Shown in pieces: positions 29,642-37,273 of a DNA stretch of 38,086 nt. Both the position numbers and the translations under genes were made by a program. The stretch covers positions 1-38,086 of the forward strand of contig JAKAFA010000001.1 of the NCBI GenBank assembly GCA_021818185.1. The letters are read 5' to 3'. Under the pieces are notes generated by a model. That model was given only the letters and a program-made list of their open reading frames with translations, searched no databases and was not told the DNA's origin. Every line of letters begins with the position of its first letter. Position 1 is the stretch's first letter. Origin of the DNA: Pseudomonadota bacterium. Lineage in GTDB: Bacteria; Pseudomonadota; Alphaproteobacteria; Rhodospirillales; Magnetospirillaceae.

Positions 29642-31890
29642 GCGAAACCGAAGCGGAGGACGTCGAACGCCTGCGCCGGGAAATCGCCAAGCTGCGGAAG
29701 ATCAACGCCGTTCTGATGGAACGGGTGGAACGCTCCACCGATTGGCAGGGCAACGCCTTTTCCATGTTTCAGGCGGCCATCGTCCTGGAAGGCCGGGTGG
29801 AGGAGCGCTCGATCCAGCTGGAAACGGCGTTGCGGCAGGTCGAGGCCGCCAATTCCGACCTGTCGACCGCCCGCGACCAGGCCGAGACGGCGCGGCGCCG
29901 CCTGCGCGAGGCCATCGACAGCATCTCCGAAGGCTTCGCCCTGTTCGATGCCGACGACCGTCTGGCCCTGTGGAACGACAATTTCGTCGACCTGATGGCC
30001 GCCCTGGGCCAGGAGGTGGCGGCCGGTACCCGCTTCGCCCAGGTGATCCATGCCGCGGTGGCGCGAGGCACGGTGCGCGATGCCGCCGGCCGGGAAGGCG
30101 ATTGGGTCGCTGAGCGCATCGCCCACCACCACCACCCCGACCGGCCGTTCGTCTACCGTCTGGCCGATGGACGGTGGGTGCAGGTCAACGAACGGCGCAC
30201 CCATGACGGCGGCACCGTCGCCATCTATACCGACATCACCGACATCAAGCGGGCCGAGGAGCAGCGGCGCGAGCAGGAACTGGCCAAGAAGTCCGAACTG
30301 TTGCAGGCCACGCTGGAAAGCCTGAACCAGGGGGTGGCGGTGTTCGACCGTGACCAGCGGCTGGCCGCCTGGAACCAGCGTTATTTCGCCCTGCACGGCT
30401 TCCCGCTGCATCTGGCGCGTGTCGGCACGCCTTACGCCGATTTCCTGCGCCATCTCGGCACGCGCGCCGCGGATGCGGTCCGCGGCATGCTGCCGCGCTC
30501 GTTCGAGCACGCCCTGCCCAACGGCCGGACGCTGGAGGTCGCCTCCAATCCCATGCCGGATGGCGGGCTGGTCAATACCTACAGCGACATCACCGAGCGC
30601 AAGCGGGCCGACATGCTGCTGCGCGATTCCGAGCGGCGGCTCAAGGCGGCGGCGCTGCGGCTGCAACGGGCCAACGAATCCCTGGAAAGCCGGGTGGCGG
30701 AGCGTACCGCCGAGTTGCGCGCCGTCAACGCCGCCCTGACCGAAGCCAAGGTGGCGGCGGAACAGGCCAACGTGTCGAAGACCAAGTTCCTGGCCGCCAC
30801 CAGCCACGACCTGCATCAGCCGCTCAACGCCGCCCGGCTGTTCGCGGCGGCGCTGGCCGAGCGCGACGACCTGGGGGAAGCCGAGCGCGACCTGATAGTC
30901 GGCATCGACAATTCCTTGGAGGCCATCGACGCCCTGTTGCGCGCCCTGTTCGAGATTTCCAAGCTGGATGCCGGGGTGATGACCGCCGAGGTGGTCAACG
31001 GACCGGTGGGGCCGCTGCTCCACCAACTGGCCCGCGAGTACCAGCCCCAAGCGCGCGAGGCCGGGTTGCAACTGCGCGTGGTGCCGTGCAGCCTGATGGT
31101 GCAGAGCGACATGCGTCTGCTGGCCCGCATCCTGCGCAATTTCCTGTCCAATGCCCTGCGCTACACCGAGGCGGGGCGTATCCTGCTGGGCTGCCGCCGG
31201 CGCGGCGCCAGCCTGGTGATCGAGGTCTGGGACACCGGCTGCGGCATTCCCGCCGCCAAATTGCCCGAGGTCTTCCAGGAGTTCCAGCAGATCGGCCTGC
31301 CGGGGCGGCGGCGCGACAAGGGGATGGGTCTGGGCCTGGCCATCGTCGAGCGCATCGCCCGCCTGCTGCATCATCCCATCCATGTCCGCTCGGAATTCGG
31401 CTGTGGGTCGTGCTTCGCGGTCGAGGTGCCGGTGGCGGCGGGCATCTGCGACGACGAAAGCGCCGCCCAACCGGTCGCCGTGGCCGAGGTCAAGGGAAGC
31501 CTGGCCGGGCTCGACGTGGTGGCCATCGACGACGATCCCGCCGGGCTGGAGGCCATTGCCGCCCTGCTGTCGGCCTGGGGCTGCCGCGTGACCTCCCTGC
31601 GTTCGGGCCGCGACCTGGGCGCCTGGCTCGACGCCGCACCGGCGCGGCCGGCGCTGGTGGTCGCCGATTACCACCTGGGCGACGGCACCGACGGGCTGGG
31701 CCTGGTCGGGCGGCTGCGCCAGCGCTTCGGGGCCGATCTGCCGGCGTTCATCGTCACCAGCGACCGCGATCCCGCCTTGCGCGCCACCATCCGCGCCCTG
31801 GGGCTGGCATCGCTCAACAAGCCGCTGGCCCCCGCCAAGCTCAGGGCCTTGATGACCCATCTTCTGGGCAGCAGCCGCGCAACGCGATGA
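29638..31890 (+). CDS. Soluble hybrid sensor histidine kinase/response regulator (NahK/ErcS'-like): coiled coil, two PAS-like domains, HisKA, HATPase, receiver
   Basis: 750 aa from the ATG at 29638, with no TM helix. PAS-like segments are SEGFALFDADDRLALWNDNF and LNQGVAVFDRDQRLAAWNQRYF. The H-box is KTKFLAATSHDLHQPLN, with G-boxes DTGCGI and GMGLGLAIV. The C-terminal receiver reads ...LVVADYHLGDGTDG...SLNKP.... Confidence 0.88.
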   Translation: MSETEAEDVERLRREIAKLRKINAVLMERVERSTDWQGNAFSMFQAAIVLEGRVEERSIQLETALRQVEAANSDLSTARDQAETARRRLREAIDSISEGFALFDADDRLALWNDNFVDLMAALGQEVAAGTRFAQVIHAAVARGTVRDAAGREGDWVAERIAHHHHPDRPFVYRLADGRWVQVNERRTHDGGTVAIYTDITDIKRAEEQRREQELAKKSELLQATLESLNQGVAVFDRDQRLAAWNQRYFALHGFPLHLARVGTPYADFLRHLGTRAADAVRGMLPRSFEHALPNGRTLEVASNPMPDGGLVNTYSDITERKRADMLLRDSERRLKAAALRLQRANESLESRVAERTAELRAVNAALTEAKVAAEQANVSKTKFLAATSHDLHQPLNAARLFAAALAERDDLGEAERDLIVGIDNSLEAIDALLRALFEISKLDAGVMTAEVVNGPVGPLLHQLAREYQPQAREAGLQLRVVPCSLMVQSDMRLLARILRNFLSNALRYTEAGRILLGCRRRGASLVIEVWDTGCGIPAAKLPEVFQEFQQIGLPGRRRDKGMGLGLAIVERIARLLHHPIHVRSEFGCGSCFAVEVPVAAGICDDESAAQPVAVAEVKGSLAGLDVVAIDDDPAGLEAIAALLSAWGCRVTSLRSGRDLGAWLDAAPARPALVVADYHLGDGTDGLGLVGRLRQRFGADLPAFIVTSDRDPALRATIRALGLASLNKPLAPAKLRALMTHLLGSSRATR

Positions 31891-32545
31891 TCGCTTCCAC
31901 CCGGGAATGGACCCGCAGCTTGCGCAGCACCGACGAGACGTGAACCTTGACCGTCGTCGGGGTGATGCCAAGGTCGTGCGCGATCTGTTTGTTGGAGCGT
32001 CCGCGCATCATGGCATTCAGCACCATCCGTTCGCGGGGCGTCAGCACGTCCAGACGGTTGCCGATGGCGGGGCGGCGCAGCGAGTCGGCCGCCGTGCCGG
32101 TCCGGATCACCTCGGCCATCTGGGTGCGCTCCAGCGATTTGGACAGACAGCCGGTGGCGCCGCAGACCAGGGCGAGGCGCACCAGTTCCGGGTCGGGGCG
32201 GTCGGCCACCGGCACGATGGCGGTGGCGGGGCGCAGCAGCAGCAGGCGCAGCAATCCCTCGATTCCGCCCAGGCTGACGTCGACCAGGGCCAGGGCCAGG
32301 CCGTCGGTGCGGCGCACCACGTCCTCGGCCTCCAGGTAGTCGCGGGCCTCCAGCACCGCCGGGGCGCTCAGCGCATCGGCCACCACACCGCGCAGCATGT
32401 CCCGGTAAAGCGGATGACGGTCGGCGACCAACACCTGCACGACGGCGTTCCTGTTCCATTGGGTCCGCCAGGCACAATGAAGCCAACCCGCCGCCCCGGC
32501 CAATTGGCGAAAGGTCCAAGGGCGGTAGCCAACCGGGCGTTCCAC
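31841..32545 (-). CDS. NarL/LuxR-family response regulator with a degenerate receiver
   Basis: C-terminal LuxR HTH (LTPRERMVLNAMMRGRSNKQIAHDLGITPTTVKVHVSSVLRKL). The receiver reads VLVADRHPLYRDML...LALVDVSLGG...IVPVADRP...CLSKS. A likely GTG start at 32440 follows AGGAA; 32545 is the longest ORF. The 3' end overlaps the kinase gene by 50 nt. Confidence 0.8.
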   Translation of the reverse strand: MERPVGYRPWTFRQLAGAAGWLHCAWRTQWNRNAVVQVLVADRHPLYRDMLRGVVADALSAPAVLEARDYLEAEDVVRRTDGLALALVDVSLGGIEGLLRLLLLRPATAIVPVADRPDPELVRLALVCGATGCLSKSLERTQMAEVIRTGTAADSLRRPAIGNRLDVLTPRERMVLNAMMRGRSNKQIAHDLGITPTTVKVHVSSVLRKLRVHSRVEAIIALRGCCPEDGSSRP

Positions 32546-32607
32546 TCCGGCCGGCGGCGTCGACGTGGGTAAGTCCCAGCGGTTTCGTTCAATCGTCTTT
32601 CGCCTGG

Positions 32608-32862
32608 ATGGCGGTGCGACCGCTGGCCGCGCTTCGCTCTCTTCTGACCCTGGGCGCCGGCAAGGCGGCGCCGCCCGGCCGGGGGGGCAACCGCCTCTCC
32701 GACGTGCCCATCCTGGAGGCCATGGCGGCCGCCTGCGGCTACGTCGCCGTCATGGCGCTCGATATCAACAGTCCGGCGATCGGCCAACTCTACCCTCCCC
32801 CGAGCGGCGGTGGCCTCTTTGCATCGCCATTCTGGTCCGGCTCAGCCGAATTCTCTTGCTGA
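32608..32862 (+). CDS. Hypothetical 84-aa protein
   Basis: No recognisable family. Called only because third-codon positions are strongly G/C-biased in this frame, as in real genes here. Confidence 0.25.
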   Translation: MAVRPLAALRSLLTLGAGKAAPPGRGGNRLSDVPILEAMAAACGYVAVMALDINSPAIGQLYPPPSGGGLFASPFWSGSAEFSC

Positions 32863-32876
32863 CGCACCGCGGCCAG

Positions 32877-32969
32877 ATGCATGACAACCCGGTGGTTTTC
32901 GCCGCCAAGGACCGGCCCAGCCTGATCGCCTTCGCCATCGTGACGGCCATTGTCGGCACCAGCCTATGA
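32877..32969 (+). CDS. Possible 30-aa single-TM peptide upstream of tpm
   Basis: MHDNPVVFAAKDRPSLIAFAIVTAIVGTSL. 26 of 30 codons end in G/C, and it has a hydrophobic C-terminal half. No homology recognised. Confidence 0.2.
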   Translation: MHDNPVVFAAKDRPSLIAFAIVTAIVGTSL

Positions 32970-33007
32970 CGGCGGCACGAATCGGCCCTGACACGAGGAG
33001 ATGAACG

Positions 33008-33655
33008 ATGGACGCGCGTTTCTGGCATGACCGATGGGAGCGGCAGGAAACCGGCTTTCACCAGAGTGCGGCCAATCCGCGGCTGACCCGGAATTTCGGC
33101 GCGCTGTCGCTGGCCCCGGGCAGCCGGGTGTTCCTGCCCCTCTGCGGCAAGTCCCTCGATCTTCATTGGCTGCTGGCGCAGGGCTGCCGCGTTGTTGGGG
33201 CCGAGTTGAGTCGGATCGCCGTCGAGCAACTGTTCTCGGAACTCGGCGTCGAGCCGGTCGTCGAGCCGCTTGGCGGCCATTCCCGCTTCCGGGCCGAGGG
33301 CATCGACGTCTTCGTCGGCGATATTTTCGATCTCTCCCCGGCGGTGCTCGGGCCGGTCGACGCGGTGTACGACCGGGCCGCGCTGGTGGCCCTGCCGGCT
33401 CCCATGCGGGAACGCTATGCCGCCCATCTCGTGGGGCTGACGGAGGGCGCGCCGCAGCTTGTCGTCAGCTACGTCTATGAGCAGAGCGTGGTGAGCGGTC
33501 CGCCCTTTTCCGTCGCCGACGACGAGGTCGCCCGTCTCTACGGCGGAACCTACGATCTTGCGCTGATCGAGCGTGTCGAGGTCGAGGGCGGCCTCAAAGG
33601 AAAATGCGCCGCCCTCGAGCAGGTGTGGAGGATGACCCCGCGCCGGGCGGGCTGA
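33008..33655 (+). CDS. tpm: Thiopurine S-methyltransferase family protein
   Basis: 215-aa ORF MDARFWHDRWERQETGFHQSAANPRLTRNF...RVFLPLCGKSLDLHWLLAQGCRVVGAELS..., the characteristic TPMT N-terminus and SAM-binding motif. GAGGAG lies 7 nt upstream. Confidence 0.88.
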   Translation: MDARFWHDRWERQETGFHQSAANPRLTRNFGALSLAPGSRVFLPLCGKSLDLHWLLAQGCRVVGAELSRIAVEQLFSELGVEPVVEPLGGHSRFRAEGIDVFVGDIFDLSPAVLGPVDAVYDRAALVALPAPMRERYAAHLVGLTEGAPQLVVSYVYEQSVVSGPPFSVADDEVARLYGGTYDLALIERVEVEGGLKGKCAALEQVWRMTPRRAG

Positions 33656-33677
33656 CGGCCCCGTCCCGGCGGGGCTT

Positions 33678-34322
33678 TCAGCCTTCCTTCAGCAAACCGT
33701 CGATCTGGCGGGCGATGATCACCGCCTGGGTGCGGCTGGTGACCTTCAGCTTGCGCAGGATGGCGGTGACATGCGCCTTGACCGTGGTGTTGGTCACGTC
33801 GATCTCGTAGGCGATCTGCTTGTTGGACTTGCCACGCGCCAGCAGGGCCAGGACCATGCGCTGGCGCTTGGTCAGCGAGCCCAGGCATTCCATCAGGTCG
33901 AGGTTGCGGCCGGCGGCGGGCTTGGCCCGCGGTTCCGCCTCGGCCGGGCGGTAGACTTCGCCGGCCATCACCCGGCGCAACGCGTCGACCATCTGCTCCT
34001 TGGGGGCGGATTTGGTGATGTAGCCCATGGCGCCGCAGGTCAGGGCGCGCTCGATCACCTCGGGCTCCTCGGTGGCCGAGACCACCACGACCGGCGCTTC
34101 CGGGCAGGACTCGCGCAGTTCCAGCAGGCCGGTAAAGCCGTTCATGCCCGGCATGTTGAGGTCGAGGAGAATGATGTCGAAGGGCTCGCCCTCGCCGGCC
34201 GCCTGGGCCGCCTGCGCGAAATCGTGGGCTTCGTGGCAGACGGCGCCGTCGATGGCCTGGGTGGCCACATGGCGCAGGGCGTCCCGGAACAGCGGATGGT
34301 CGTCGGCGATCAGCACACGCAC
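33678..34322 (-). CDS. NarL/LuxR-family response regulator (canonical receiver; ErbR/AgmR/PedR-like by context)
   Basis: 214 aa: (V/M)RVLIADDHPLFRDAL...DIILLDLNMPGMNG...VVVVSATEE...GYITKSA... plus the LuxR HTH LTKRQRMVLALLARGKSNKQIAYEIDVTNTTVKAHVTAILRKL. GTG start at 34322. Confidence 0.9.
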   Translation of the reverse strand: MRVLIADDHPLFRDALRHVATQAIDGAVCHEAHDFAQAAQAAGEGEPFDIILLDLNMPGMNGFTGLLELRESCPEAPVVVVSATEEPEVIERALTCGAMGYITKSAPKEQMVDALRRVMAGEVYRPAEAEPRAKPAAGRNLDLMECLGSLTKRQRMVLALLARGKSNKQIAYEIDVTNTTVKAHVTAILRKLKVTSRTQAVIIARQIDGLLKEG

Positions 34323-34341
34323 CGTTTTTCCCCCGGAGAAA

Positions 34342-34367
34342 ACGGGGGCCGGGTATCCGGCCCCCGT
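34342..34367 (-). terminator. Strong hairpin plus U-tract between pedF and the response-regulator gene (terminator/attenuator)
   Basis: The minus strand reads ACGGGGGCCGG-ATAC-CCGGCCCCCGT (11-bp perfect stem), then TTTCTCC. The stem ends only 19 nt upstream of the regulator GTG at 34322. Confidence 0.55.
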
Positions 34368-34415
34368 CGCAGAGGGATTATTGTATCAGGTCTTGGGCCG
34401 TTTGAAGACCCTAAG

Positions 34416-34443
34416 CATGGCGCCCCGGGCATGGCGCTCCGGG
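34416..34443. repeat. 14-nt direct tandem duplication in the pedF-regulator spacer
   Basis: CATGGCGCCCCGGG (34416-34429) is immediately followed by CATGGCGCTCCGGG (34430-34443), with one mismatch. Confidence 0.6.
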
Positions 34444-34492
34444 CGATACTCCCGATCCTCTCGTGATGGAGCCGGCCCGGTCCCGCCTGACC

Positions 34493-34921
34493 TCAGTTGT
34501 CTTGGCGCACGGTGTCGAGCCACGAGCGGATGGCCCACAGGGTTTCCTGGCTGAGGGTGGGGTACATCTTCGGCATGTAGACCCGGCCGTCGCGCACCGA
34601 GCCGTTCTGGACGCGATACGCGAACCATTCGTCGCCCTCGGCGCCTTCCGGCAGGAAGCGCAGATCGGGGGCGATGCCGCCCGAGATCGCTTCCAGGCCG
34701 TGGCAGCGGGCGCAGTTCTGGTTGAAGGCGTCGGCGCCGATCTTGATGGCCAACTTGTTGCCGCGATAGGGGTTGACCTTCGCCCATGTCGTCCCCAGCG
34801 GCTTCAGCCCATCGGTCTTGACCGGGTGGATCGCCTCGTCCGCACGGACGGACGCGGTGCCGATGGCGGCGGCCACGACGACAGCCAGCGCCGCGCCGGC
34901 CGTGACGATGAACTTGTTCAT
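34493..34921 (-). CDS. pedF: Periplasmic mono-haem cytochrome c, PedF/ExaB (c-550) type
   Basis: 142 aa with the signal peptide MNKFIVTAGAALAVVVAAAIGTA and a single CARCH haem site. It has PedF-like flanks (...GADAFNQNCARCHGLEAISGGIAPDLR...YMPKMYPTLSQETLWAIRSWL...) and sits next to PQQ-system accessory genes. Confidence 0.75.
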   Translation of the reverse strand: MNKFIVTAGAALAVVVAAAIGTASVRADEAIHPVKTDGLKPLGTTWAKVNPYRGNKLAIKIGADAFNQNCARCHGLEAISGGIAPDLRFLPEGAEGDEWFAYRVQNGSVRDGRVYMPKMYPTLSQETLWAIRSWLDTVRQDN

Positions 34922-35014
34922 GGGTGTCGTTTCCTCGTGCAGCGTGTTTATTTGGCGGCACTGTAAGGGCGGTCAGGGACAAGGCGGAATTGGACCTTGG
35001 GCTAAGGCCCCGGC

Positions 35015-35029
35015 GCGCGATTATCGCGC
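35015..35029. promoter_or_regulatory. Perfect 15-nt palindrome in the divergent pedF / binding-protein promoter region
   Basis: GCGCGAT-T-ATCGCGC at 35015-35029, within the 217-nt divergent intergenic region. Confidence 0.3.
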
Positions 35030-35138
35030 CAAACGCCAAGGGCGCCGCCACGGCCGCCGGCATTAGACCAAAGGACAATTCGTCCCCGCCGGAGCGGCAT
35101 CTACCCTGCACTTTCCGGCCGGTGCAGGAGATGAGGAA

Positions 35139-36329
35139 GTGCGTCCGACACGTCTTGCCGTGATTGTCGCCGCCCTGCTGGCGGCCTGGACCGCCCCGGC
35201 TTCGGCCGACCCCATCCCGGCCGCCGCTTCCGAGCTGACCATCGCCTGGCTGGGCATGCGCCCGGCCGACCCGCCCGAGCCCGCTTTCATCGACCGGCCG
35301 GCACCGACCGACGAAGGCCTGGCCGGGCTGCGGCTGGCCGTCTCCGACGACAACGCCTCGGGCCGCTTCATGCACCAGTCCTTCGGGCTGGAGGCGGAAT
35401 GGCTGCCGCCCGGCGGCGACGCCGCGGCGGCGCTTCGCCGCCTGGCCGCCGCGGGGGTGCGCTTCGTCGTCGCCGACCTGCCGGCCGCCGTGCTGGCCAA
35501 GGCGGCGGCCGACCCCGCGGCAGCGGCGGTGACCATCTTCAATGCCGGTGCCCCCGACGACGTGCTGCGCAACCGCGATTGTCGCGCCAACGTGCTGCAC
35601 ACCCTGCCCAGCCGGGCCATGCTGGCCGACGCCCTGGCGCAGTATCTGGTGAAGAAGACCTGGACGCGGTGGCTGCTGGTGACCGGCCCCACCGCCGGCG
35701 ACCAGGCCTATGCCGCCGCCATCCGCCACGCCGCCGCCAAGTTCGGCGCCAGGCTGGTGGGCGAGAAATCCTGGACCTACACCCGCGATTCCCGCCATAC
35801 CGCCACCGGCGAGGTGGCGGCGCTGACTCAGGACGGCGATTACGACGTGGTGGTGGTGGCCGACGAGGCCGGTGATTTCGGCGATCTGGTGCCTTACGAC
35901 ACCTGGCTGCCGCGGCCGGTGGCCGGCACCCAGGGTCTGGTGTCTGCCGCCTGGCATCCGGCCTATAGCGCCTGGGCCGCGGCGCAGTTGCAGGAGCGCT
36001 TCCGCGGCCAGGCCCACCGGGCCATGACCGCCAAGGATTACGCCGCGTGGGAGGGCGGCCGGGCGGTGGGCGAGGCCGCCATGCGCCTGCGTTCGACCGA
36101 CCCGGTTTCCATCGCCAGGGCCATCCGCTCCGACGATTTCGCCCTGCCCGCCTATAAGGGCCGCACCCTGAGCTTCCGGTCCTGGGACGGCCAGTTGCGC
36201 CAGCCGATCCTGATCGCCTGGGCTCGCAACGTGGTGTCGGTCGCCCCCGAAGACGGCTTCCTGCACCCGGTCACCGACCTGGACACGCTGGGAACCGACA
36301 AGGGAGAGAGCAAATGCGTCTTGCACTGA
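35139..36329 (+). CDS. Periplasmic type-I substrate-binding protein, PQQ-dependent alcohol dehydrogenase system type
   Basis: GTG at 35139 follows AGGAGATGAGGAA and gives the signal peptide (M)RPTRLAVIVAALLAAWTAPASA. The pattern is LIV-binding-protein-like, and the gene is followed by the YVTN propeller and ABC ATPase, as in ped/exa clusters. Confidence 0.6.
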   Translation: MRPTRLAVIVAALLAAWTAPASADPIPAAASELTIAWLGMRPADPPEPAFIDRPAPTDEGLAGLRLAVSDDNASGRFMHQSFGLEAEWLPPGGDAAAALRRLAAAGVRFVVADLPAAVLAKAAADPAAAAVTIFNAGAPDDVLRNRDCRANVLHTLPSRAMLADALAQYLVKKTWTRWLLVTGPTAGDQAYAAAIRHAAAKFGARLVGEKSWTYTRDSRHTATGEVAALTQDGDYDVVVVADEAGDFGDLVPYDTWLPRPVAGTQGLVSAAWHPAYSAWAAAQLQERFRGQAHRAMTAKDYAAWEGGRAVGEAAMRLRSTDPVSIARAIRSDDFALPAYKGRTLSFRSWDGQLRQPILIAWARNVVSVAPEDGFLHPVTDLDTLGTDKGESKCVLH

Positions 36330-37273
36330 CCGCCGCGGCGCTGATCCTGTCCAGCCTGCCGGCCCTGGCCCAGACCGCCTATGTGTCCAATGAAAAGGAC
36401 AACACCATCTCGGTGATCGACATCAAGACGCTGGCCGTCGTCAAGACCGTCAAGGTGGGAAGGCGGCCGCGCGGCATCCTGTTGTCGCCCGATGGGTCGA
36501 AACTCTATATCTGCGCTTCGGACAGCGATGCCATCCAGGTGATGGACACCGCCACCCTGGCCATTACCCACAACCTTCCCTCGGGCGAGGACCCCGAGCA
36601 GTTCGCTCTGGCTCCCGATGGCCGGCACCTGTTCGTCGCCAACGAGAACGACGCCACCGTGACCATCATCGACACCCAGACCCGCCAGGTGGCGGGGCAG
36701 GTGGATGTGGGAATCGAGCCCGAGGGCATGGCGGTCAGCCCCGACGGCAAGCTGGCGGTCAACACCTCGGAGACCACCAACATGGTGCACTGGATGGACG
36801 CCGTGCACCTGACCCTGATCGACAGCACGCCGGTGGCTCCCCGGCCGCGTTACGCCATCTTCGAGCGCGACGGCAAGCGGCTGTGGGTGACCTCCGAGGT
36901 CGGGGGCGTTCTCCAGGTCCTCGACGTCGCCAGCCACCGCGTGTTCGACACCATCCACTTCGAGATTCCCGGGGTGCCGCGCGACAAGATCAACCCGGTG
37001 GGCATCCGCCTGACCCGCGACGGCAAGCTGGTCTTCGTCGCCCTGGGCCCGGCCAACCACGTCGCGGTGGTCGATGCCCATACGCTGAAGGTGATCAAAT
37101 ACCTGCTGGTGGGCCGCCGCGTCTGGCAGATGGCCTTCACCCCCGACCTATCCCTGCTGCTGACCACCAACGGCGTCTCGGGCGACGTGTCGGTGATCGA
37201 CGTGGCGCGGCTGGAGGTGATCAAGTCCATCCCGGTCGGCCGTTATCCCTGGGGCGTGGCGGTCCGGCCATGA
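36314..37273 (+). CDS. YVTN-repeat beta-propeller protein (PQQ-dependent catabolism-associated type)
   Basis: 319 aa with a signal peptide. Repeated YVTN-type blades: AYVSNEKDNTISVIDIKT, LYICASDSDAIQVMDTAT, LFVANENDATVTIIDTQT, LLTTNGVSGDVSVIDVAR. It overlaps the upstream gene by 16 nt. Confidence 0.8.
   Translation: MRLALTAAALILSSLPALAQTAYVSNEKDNTISVIDIKTLAVVKTVKVGRRPRGILLSPDGSKLYICASDSDAIQVMDTATLAITHNLPSGEDPEQFALAPDGRHLFVANENDATVTIIDTQTRQVAGQVDVGIEPEGMAVSPDGKLAVNTSETTNMVHWMDAVHLTLIDSTPVAPRPRYAIFERDGKRLWVTSEVGGVLQVLDVASHRVFDTIHFEIPGVPRDKINPVGIRLTRDGKLVFVALGPANHVAVVDAHTLKVIKYLLVGRRVWQMAFTPDLSLLLTTNGVSGDVSVIDVARLEVIKSIPVGRYPWGVAVRP

Noticed and set aside
33658-33678. Short GCCCCG/CGGGGC hairpin plus TTT between convergent tpm and the response-regulator gene as a bidirectional terminator
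   Set aside because: It has only a 6-bp stem and partly overlaps the regulator stop codon, so it is too weak to call from sequence alone.
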